Below, one piece after another: positions 54,801-64,000 of a DNA stretch of 64,000 nucleotides (its first letter is position 1; every line of letters starts with the position of its first letter). The notes under the pieces were generated by a model. The model saw only the letters and a list, made by a program, of their open reading frames with translations. It did not search any database and was not told the origin of the DNA. A program made the position numbers and the translations under genes. The DNA comes from the human T2T-CHM13v2.0 reference genome, Homo sapiens, in NCBI RefSeq assembly GCF_009914755.1, contig NC_060941.1. The stretch is one strand, 5' to 3'.

Positions 54801-57800
54801 GGACATTTGGAGGGCTTTGAGGCCTGTGGTGGAAAAGGAATTATCTTCCCGTAAAAGCTAGATAGAAGCATTCTCAGAAACTACTTTGTGATGATTGCAT
54901 TCAAGTCACAGAGTTGAACATTCCCTTTGACAGAGCAGTTTGGAAACTCTCTTTGTGTAGAATCTGCAAGTGGAGATATGGACCGCTTTGAGGCCTATGG
55001 TAGTAAAGGAAATAGCTTCATATAAAAGCTAGACAGTAGCATTCACAGAAAACTCTTGGTGACGACTGAGTTTAACTCACAGAGCTGAACATTCCTTTGG
55101 ATGGAGCAGTTTCGAAACACACTATTTGTAGAATGTGCAAGTGGATATTTAGGCCTCTCTGAGGATTTCGTTGGAAACGGGATAAACCGCACAGAACTAA
55201 ACAGAAGCATTCTCAGAACCTTCTTCGTGATGTTTGCATTCAACTCACAGTGTTGAACCTTTCTTTGATAGTTCAGGTTTGAAACGGTCTTTCTGTAGAA
55301 ACTGCAAGTAGATATTTGGACCTCTCTGAGGATTTCGTTGGAAACGGGATAACCCGCACAGAACTAAAACAGAAGCATTCTCAGAACCCTCTTCGTGATG
55401 TTTGCATTCAACTCACAGTGCTGAACCTTTCTTTGATAGTTCAGCTTTGAAACACTCTTTTTGTAGAAACTGCAAGTGGATATTTGGTCCTCTCTGAGGA
55501 ATTCGTTGGAAACGGGATAAACTGCACAGAACTAAACAGAAGCATTCTCAGAACCTTCTTCGTGATGTCTGCATTCAACTCACAGTGTGGAACCTTTCTT
55601 TGATAGTTCAGGTTTGAAACACTCTTTTTGTAGAAACTGCAAGGGGATAATTGCACTCTTTGAGGAGTACCGTAGTAAAGGAAATAACTTCCTATAAAAA
55701 GAAGACAGAAGCTTTCTCAGAAAATTCTTTGGGATGATTGAGTTGAACTCACAGAGCTGAGCATTCCTTGCGATGTAGCAGTTTAGAAACACACTTTCTG
55801 CAGAATCTGCAAGTGCATATTTGGACCTCTGTGAGGAATTCGTTGGAAACGGGATAATTTCAGCTGACTAAACAGAAGCAGTCTCAGAATCTTCTTTGTG
55901 ATGTTTGCATTCAAATCCCCGAGTTGAACTTTCCTTTCAAAGTTCACGTTTGAAACACTCTTTTTGCAGGATCTACAAGTGGATATTTGGACCACTCTGT
56001 GTCCTTCGATCGAAACGGGTGTATCTTCACATGACATCTAGACAGAAGCATCCTCAGAAGCTTCTCTGTGATGACTGCATTCAACTCACGGAGTTGAACA
56101 CTCCTTTTGAGAGCGCAGTTTTGAAACTCTCTTTCTGTGGCATCTGCAAGGGGACATGTAGACCTCTTTGAAGATTTCGTTGGAAACGGAATCATCTTCA
56201 CATAAAAACTACACAGATGCATTCTCAGGAACTTTTTGGTGATGTTTGTATTCAACTCCCAGAGTTGAACTTTCCTTTGGAAAGAGCAGCTATGAAACAC
56301 TGTTTTTCTAGAATCTGCAAGTGGACGTTTGGAGGGCTTTGTGGTTTGTGGTGGAAAAGGAAATATCTTCACCTAAATACTAGATAGAAGCATTCTCAGA
56401 AACTGCTTTGTGATGATTGCATTCACCTCACAGAGTTGAACATTCCTATTGATAGAGCAGTTTGGAAACACTCTTGTTGTGGAATGTGCAAGTGGAGATT
56501 TGGAGCGCTTTGAGGCCTATGGTAGTAAAGGGAATAGCTTCATAGAAAAACTAGACAGAAGCATTCTCAGAAAATACTTTGTGATGATTGAGTTTAACTC
56601 ACAGAGCTGAACATTCCTTTGGATGGAGCAGGTTTGAGACACACTTTTTGTAGAATCTACAAGTGGATATTTGGACCTCTCTGAGGATTTCGTTGGAAAC
56701 GGGATAACTGCACCTAACTAAACGGAAGCATTCTCAGAAACTTCTTGGTGATGTTTGCATTCAAATCCCAGAGTTGAACCTTCCTTTGATAGTTCAGGTT
56801 TGAAACACTCTTTTTGTAGGATCTGCAAGTGGATATTTGGACCACTCTGTGGCCTTCGTTCGAAACGGGTATATCTTCGCATAAAATCTAGACAGAAGCC
56901 TTCTCAGAAACTTCTCTGTGATGATTGCATTCAACTCACAGAGTTGAACCCTCCTATGGATAGAGCAGTGTTGAAACTCTCTTTTTGTGGAATCTGCAAG
57001 TGGATACGTGGACCTCTCCGAAGATGTCTTTGGAAACGGGAATATCTTCACATAAAAACTAAACAGAAGCATTCTCAGAAACTTCTCTGTGATGTTTGTG
57101 TTCAACTCCCAGAGTTTCACATTGCTTTTCATAGAGTAGTTCTGAAACATGCTTTTCGTAGTGTCTACAAGTGGACATTTGGAGCGCTTTCAGGCCTGTG
57201 GTGGAAAACGAATTATGGTCACATAAAAACTGGAGAGAAGCATTGTCAGAAACTTCTTTGTGATGATTGCATTCAACTCACAGAGTTGAAGGTTCCTTTT
57301 CAAAGAGCAGTTTCCAATCACTCTTTCTGTGGAATCTGCAAGTGGATATTTGGACCTATTTTGAAGATTTCGTTGGAAACGGGAGAATCTTCACAGGAAA
57401 GCTAAACAGAAGCATTCTCAGAAACTTCTTTGTGATGCTTGCATTCAACTCACAGAGTTGAACTTTCCTTTCGAGAGAGAAGCTTTGAAACACTCTTTTT
57501 CCAGAATCTGCAAGTGGACATTTGGAGGGCTTTGAGGCCTGTGGTGGAAAAGGAATTATCTTCCCGTAAAAGCTAGATAGAAGCATTCTCAGAAACTACT
57601 TTGTGATGATTGCATTCAAGTCACAGAGTTGAACATTCCCTTTGACAGAGCAGTTTGGAAACTCTCTTTGTGTAGAATCTGCAAGTGGAGATATGGACCG
57701 CTTTGAGGCCTATGGTAGTAAAGGAAATAGCTTCATATAAAAGCTAGACAGTAGCATTCACAGAAAACTCTTGGTGACGACTGAGTTTAACTCACAGAGC

Positions 57801-60800
57801 TGAACATTCCTTTGGATGGAGCAGTTTCGAAACACACTATTTGTAGAATGTGCAAGTGGATATTTAGGCCTCTCTGAGGATTTCGTTGGAAACGGGATAA
57901 ACCGCACAGAACTAAACAGAAGCATTCTCAGAACCTTCTTCGTGATGTTTGCATTCAACTCACAGTGTTGAACCTTTCTTTGATAGTTCAGGTTTGAAAC
58001 GGTCTTTCTGTAGAAACTGCAAGTAGATATTTGGACCTCTCTGAGGATTTCGTTGGAAACGGGATAACCCGCACAGAACTAAAACAGAAGCATTCTCAGA
58101 ACCCTCTTCGTGATGTTTGCATTCAACTCACAGTGCTGAACCTTTCTTTGATAGTTCAGCTTTGAAACACTCTTTTTGTAGAAACTGCAAGTGGATATTT
58201 GGTCCTCTCTGAGCATTTCGTTGGAAACGGGATAAACTGCACAGAACTAAACAGAAGCATTCTCAGAACCTTCTTCGTGATGTCTGCATTCAACTCACAG
58301 TGTGGAACCTTTCTTTGATAGTTCAGGTTTGAAACACTCTTTTTGTAGAAACTGCAAGGGGATAATTGCACTCTTTGAGGAGTACCGTAGTAAAGGAAAT
58401 AACTTCCTATAAAAAGAAGACAGAAGCTTTCTCAGAAAATTCTTTGGGATGATTGAGTTGAACTCACAGAGCTGAGCATTCCTTGCGATGTAGCAGTTTA
58501 GAAACACACTTTCTGCAGAATCTGCAAGTGCATATTTGGACCTCTGTGAGGAATTCGTTGGAAACGGGATAATTTCAGCTGACTAAACAGAAGCAGTCTC
58601 AGAATCTTCTTTGTGATGTTTGCATTCAAATCCCCGAGTTGAACTTTCCTTTCAAAGTTCACGTTTGAAACACTCTTTTTGCAGGATCTACAAGTGGATA
58701 TTTGGACCACTCTGTGTCCTTCGATCGAAACGGGTGTATCTTCACATGACATCTAGACAGAAGCATCCTCAGAAGCTTCTCTGTGATGACTGCATTCAAC
58801 TCACGGAGTTGAACACTCCTTTTGAGAGCGCAGTTTTGAAACTCTCTTTCTGTGGCATCTGCAAGGGGACATGTAGACCTCTTTGAAGATTTCGTTGGAA
58901 ACGGAATCATCTTCACATAAAAACTACACAGATGCATTCTCAGGAACTTTTTGGTGATGTTTGTATTCAACTCCCAGAGTTGAACTTTCCTTTGGAAAGA
59001 GCAGCTATGAAACACTGTTTTTCTAGAATCTGCAAGTGGACGTTTGGAGGGCTTTGTGGTTTGTGGTGGAAAAGGAAATATCTTCACCTAAATACTAGAT
59101 AGAAGCATTCTCAGAAACTGCTTTGTGATGATTGCATTCACCTCACAGAGTTGAACATTCCTATTGATAGAGCAGTTTGGAAACACTCTTGTTGTGGAAT
59201 GTGCAAGTGGAGATTTGGAGCGCTTTGAGGCCTATGGTAGTAAAGGGAATAGCTTCATAGAAAAACTAGACAGAAGCATTCTCAGAAAATACTTTGTGAT
59301 GATTGAGTTTAACTCACAGAGCTGAACATTCCTTTGGATGGAGCAGGTTTGAGACACACTTTTTGTAGAATCTACAAGTGGATATTTGGACCTCTCTGAG
59401 GATTTCGTTGGAAACGGGATAACTGCACCTAACTAAACGGAAGCATTCTCAGAAACTTCTTGGTGATGTTTGCATTCAAATCCCAGAGTTGAACCTTCCT
59501 TTGATAGTTCAGGTTTGAAACACTCTTTTTGTAGGATCTGCAAGTGGATATTTGGACCACTCTGTGGCCTTCGTTCGAAACGGGTATATCTTCGCATAAA
59601 ATCTAGACAGAAGCCTTCTCAGAAACTTCTCTGTGATGATTGCATTCAACTCACAGAGTTGAACCCTCCTATGGATAGAGCAGTGTTGAAACTCTCTTTT
59701 TGTGGAATCTGCAAGTGGATACGTGGACCTCTCCGAAGATGTCTTTGGAAACGGGAATATCTTCACATAAAAACTAAACAGAAGCATTCTCAGAAACTTC
59801 TCTGTGATGTTTGTGTTCAACTCCCAGAGTTTCACATTGCTTTTCATAGAGTAGTTCTGAAACATGCTTTTCGTAGTGTCTACAAGTGGACATTTGGAGC
59901 GCTTTCAGGCCTGTGGTGGAAAACGAATTATGGTCACATAAAAACTGGAGAGAAGCATTGTCAGAAACTTCTTTGTGATGATTGCATTCAACTCACAGAG
60001 TTGAAGGTTCCTTTTCAAAGAGCAGTTTCCAATCACTCTTTCTGTGGAATCTGCAAGTGGATATTTGGACCTATTTTGAAGATTTCGTTGGAAACGGGAG
60101 AATCTTCACAGGAAAGCTAAACAGAAGCATTCTCAGAAACTTCTTTGTGATGCTTGCATTCAACTCACAGAGTTGAACTTTCCTTTCGAGAGAGAAGCTT
60201 TGAAACACTCTTTTTCCAGAATCTGCAAGTGGACATTTGGAGGGCTTTGAGGCCTGTGGTGGAAAAGGAATTATCTTCCCGTAAAAGCTAGATAGAAGCA
60301 TTCTCAGAAACTACTTTGTGATGATTGCATTCAAGTCACAGAGTTGAACATTCCCTTTGACAGAGCAGTTTGGAAACTCTCTTTGTGTAGAATCTGCAAG
60401 TGGAGATATGGACCGCTTTGAGGCCTATGGTAGTAAAGGAAATAGCTTCATATAAAAGCTAGACAGTAGCATTCACAGAAAACTCTTGGTGACGACTGAG
60501 TTTAACTCACAGAGCTGAACATTCCTTTGGATGGAGCAGTTTCGAAACACACTATTTGTAGAATGTGCAAGTGGATATTTAGGCCTCTCTGAGGATTTCG
60601 TTGGAAACGGGATAAACCGCACAGAACTAAACAGAAGCATTCTCAGAACCTTCTTCGTGATGTTTGCATTCAACTCACAGTGTTGAACCTTTCTTTGATA
60701 GTTCAGGTTTGAAACGGTCTTTCTGCAGAAACTGCAAGTAGATATTTGGACCGCTCTGAGGATTTCGTTGGAAACGGGATAACCCGCACAGAACTAAAAC

Positions 60801-62278
60801 AGAAGCATTCTCAGAACCCTCTTCGTGATGTTTGCATTCAACTCACAGTGCTGAACCTTTCTTTGATAGTTCAGCTTTGAAACACTCTTTTTGTAGAAAC
60901 TGCAAGTGGATATTTGGTCCTCTCTGAGGATTTCGTTGGAAACGGGATAAACTGCACAGAACTAAACAGAAGCATTCTCAGAACCTTCTTCGTGATGTCT
61001 GCATTCAACTCACAGTGTGGAACCTTTCTTTGATAGTTCAGGTTTGAAACACTCTTTTTGTAGAAACTGCAAGGGGATAATTGCACTCTTTGAGGAGTAC
61101 CGTAGTAAAGGAAATAACTTCCTATAAAAAGAAGACAGAAGCTTTCTCAGAAAATTCTTTGGGATGATTGAGTTGAACTCACAGAGCTGAGCATTCCTTG
61201 CGATGTAGCAGTTTAGAAACACACTTTCTGCAGAATCTGCAAGTGCATATTTGGACCTCTGTGAGGAATTCGTTGGAAACGGGATAATTTCAGCTGACTA
61301 AACAGAAGCAGTCTCAGAATCTTCTTTGTGATGTTTGCATTCAAATCCCCGAGTTGAACTTTCCTTTCAAAGTTCACGTTTGAAACACTCTTTTTGCAGG
61401 ATCTACAAGTGGATATTTGGACCACTCTGTGTCCTTCGATCGAAACGGGTGTATCTTCACATGACATCTAGACAGAAGCATCCTCAGAAGCTTCTCTGTG
61501 ATGACTGCATTCAACTCACGGAGTTGAACACTCCTTTTGAGAGCGCAGTTTTGAAACTCTCTTTCTGTGGCATCTGCAAGGGGACATGTAGACCTCTTTG
61601 AAGATTTCGTTGGAAACGGAATCATCTTCACATAAAAACTACACAGATGCATTCTCAGGAACTTTTTGGTGATGTTTGTATTCAACTCCCAGAGTTGAAC
61701 TTTCCTTTGGAAAGAGCAGCTATGAAACACTGTTTTTCTAGAATCTGCAAGTGGACGTTTGGAGGGCTTTGTGGTTTGTGGTGGAAAAGGAAATATCTTC
61801 ACCTAAATACTAGATAGAAGCATTCTCAGAAACTGCTTTGTGATGATTGCATTCACCTCACAGAGTTGAACATTCCTATTGATAGAGCAGTTTGGAAACA
61901 CTCTTGTTGTGGAATGTGCAAGTGGAGATTTGGAGCGCTTTGAGGCCTATGGTAGTAAAGGGAATAGCTTCATAGAAAAACTAGACAGAAGCATTCTCAG
62001 AAAATACTTTGTGATGATTGAGTTTAACTCACAGAGCTGAACATTCCTTTGGATGGAGCAGGTTTGAGACACACTTTTTGTAGAATCTACAAGTGGATAT
62101 TTGGACCTCTCTGAGGATTTCGTTGGAAACGGGATAACTGCACCTAACTAAACGGAAGCATTCTCAGAAACTTCTTGGTGATGTTTGCATTCAAATCCCA
62201 GAGTTGAACCTTCCTTTGATAGTTCAGGTTTGAAACACTCTTTTTGTAGGATCTGCAAGTGGATATTTGGACCACTCT
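18839..62278 (+). repeat. HOR units U8-U23 (sixteen consecutive 2715-bp 16-mers)
   Basis: All ORF-track features keep an exact 2715-bp spacing from 18745 to 62185. Confidence 0.95.
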
Positions 62279-64000
62279 GTGGCCTTCGTTCGAAACGGGT
62301 ATATCTTCGCATAAAATCTAGACAGAAGCCTTCTCAGAAACTTCTCTGTGATGATTGCATTCAACTCACAGAGTTGAACCCTCCTATGGATAGAGCAGTG
62401 TTGAAACTCTCTTTTTGTGGAATCTGCAAGTGGATACGTGGACCTCTCCGAAGATGTCTTTGGAAACGGGAATATCTTCACATAAAAACTAAACAGAAGC
62501 ATTCTCAGAAACTTCTCTGTGATGTTTGTGTTCAACTCCCAGAGTTTCACATTGCTTTTCATAGAGTAGTTCTGAAACATGCTTTTCGTAGTGTCTACAA
62601 GTGGACATTTGGAGCGCTTTCAGGCCTGTGGTGGAAAACGAATTATGGTCACATAAAAACTGGAGAGAAGCATTGTCAGAAACTTCTTTGTGATGATTGC
62701 ATTCAACTCACAGAGTTGAAGGTTCCTTTTCAAAGAGCAGTTTCCAATCACTCTTTCTGTGGAATCTGCAAGTGGATATTTGGACCTATTTTGAAGATTT
62801 CGTTGGAAACGGGAGAATCTTCACAGGAAAGCTAAACAGAAGCATTCTCAGAAACTTCTTTGTGATGCTTGCATTCAACTCACAGAGTTGAACTTTCCTT
62901 TCGAGAGAGAAGCTTTGAAACACTCTTTTTCCAGAATCTGCAAGTGGACATTTGGAGGGCTTTGAGGCCTGTGGTGGAAAAGGAATTATCTTCCCGTAAA
63001 AGCTAGATAGAAGCATTCTCAGAAACTACTTTGTGATGATTGCATTCAAGTCACAGAGTTGAACATTCCCTTTGACAGAGCAGTTTGGAAACTCTCTTTG
63101 TGTAGAATCTGCAAGTGGAGATATGGACCGCTTTGAGGCCTATGGTAGTAAAGGAAATAGCTTCATATAAAAGCTAGACAGTAGCATTCACAGAAAACTC
63201 TTGGTGACGACTGAGTTTAACTCACAGAGCTGAACATTCCTTTGGATGGAGCAGTTTCGAAACACACTATTTGTAGAATGTGCAAGTGGATATTTAGGCC
63301 TCTCTGAGGATTTCGTTGGAAACGGGATAAACCGCACAGAACTAAACAGAAGCATTCTCAGAACCTTCTTCGTGATGTTTGCATTCAACTCACAGTGTTG
63401 AACCTTTCTTTGATAGTTCAGGTTTGAAACGGTCTTTCTGCAGAAACTGCAAGTAGATATTTGGACCTCTCTGAGGATTTCGTTGGAAACGGGATAACCC
63501 GCACAGAACTAAAACAGAAGCATTCTCAGAACCCTCTTCGTGATGTTTGCATTCAACTCACAGTGCTGAACCTTTCTTTGATAGTTCAGCTTTGAAACAC
63601 TCTTTTTGTAGAAACTGCAAGTGGATATTTGGTCCTCTCTGAGGAATTCGTTGGAAACGGGATAAACTGCACAGAACTAAACAGAAGCATTCTCAGAACC
63701 TTCTTCGTGATGTCTGCATTCAACTCACAGTGTGGAACCTTTCTTTGATAGTTCAGGTTTGAAACACTCTTTTTGTAGAAACTGCAAGGGGATAATTGCA
63801 CTCTTTGAGGAGTACCGTAGTAAAGGAAATAACTTCCTATAAAAAGAAGACAGAAGCTTTCTCAGAAAATTCTTTGGGATGATTGAGTTGAACTCACAGA
63901 GCTGAGCATTCCTTGCGATGTAGCAGTTTAGAAACACACTTTCTGCAGAATCTGCAAGTGCATATTTGGACCTCTTTGAGGAATTCGTTGGAAACGGGAT
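62279..64000 (+). repeat. Partial HOR unit U24 (cut by the window edge)
   Basis: Begins GTGGCCTTCGTTCGAAACGGG at 62279 and ends just after the EcoRI-overlapping CENP-B box. Confidence 0.95.

Larger units (their letters stand above)
1..64000 (+). repeat. D17Z1: Centromeric alpha-satellite HOR array, 16-mer of 2715 bp; most likely human chr17 D17Z1 (SF3)
   Basis: ~171-bp monomers carry alphoid motifs (CATTCTCAGAAACTTCTTTGTGATG, TTCAACTCACAGAGTTGAAC) and CENP-B boxes TTCGTTGGAAACGGG. The 2715-bp period is exact in both the sequence and the ORF track. There is one constant EcoRI site per unit and an internal monomer triplication. A 2.7-kb 16-mer EcoRI HOR is the established D17Z1 structure. Confidence 0.93.

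Noticed and set aside
96-63937. All ORFs in the track, including the 216-aa + strand ORF repeated 23 times (e.g. 2622-3272) and the 142-aa minus-strand ORF
   Set aside because: They are translations of alpha-satellite monomers with ~57-aa periodicity (171/3), mostly non-ATG starts, and overlap on both strands. Their conservation simply reflects HOR homogeneity; there is no recognisable domain or gene structure.
1-64000. CRISPR-like array (recurring conserved motifs at regular spacing)
   Set aside because: The intervening sequences are homologous monomer bodies rather than unique spacers, the period is ~171 bp, and there are no cas genes.
1-64000. Transposon insertion, inversion or 13-mer/14-mer deletion HORs
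   Set aside because: Every unit length is accounted for (2715, one 2716, one 2547) and orientation is constant, so none is present in this window.

Overview
The whole 64 kb window is an uninterrupted head-to-tail primate alpha-satellite higher-order repeat (HOR) array in a single orientation. It has ~171-bp monomers organised into a 2715-bp 16-mer with one constant EcoRI site per unit and an internal triplicated 167/168/167-bp monomer. This matches human chromosome 17 centromeric D17Z1 (suprachromosomal family 3); the assignment is from recognition of HOR size and structure, not from a database search. With unit starts defined at GTGGCCTTCGTTCGAAACGGG there are 23 complete units plus one partial unit: U1 1, U2 2716, U3 5431, U4 8147, U5 10862, U6 13577, U7 16292, U8 18839, U9 21554, U10 24269, U11 26984, U12 29699, U13 32414, U14 35129, U15 37844, U16 40559, U17 43274, U18 45989, U19 48704, U20 51419, U21 54134, U22 56849, U23 59564, U24 62279 (partial). 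I found no genes, transposons or inversions, and all ORFs in the track are satellite artefacts. I see no new biological system. The informative signal is the array's micro-evolution: one 15-mer with its crossover in a CENP-B box, a short monomer-to-monomer conversion tract, a variation hotspot in the triplicated monomers, an extra EcoRI site that mimics a 14-mer, a CENP-B-box-breaking SNV in alternate units, and a sharp SNV haplotype boundary. Variants were read by eye and with the ORF track, so some singletons may have been missed.
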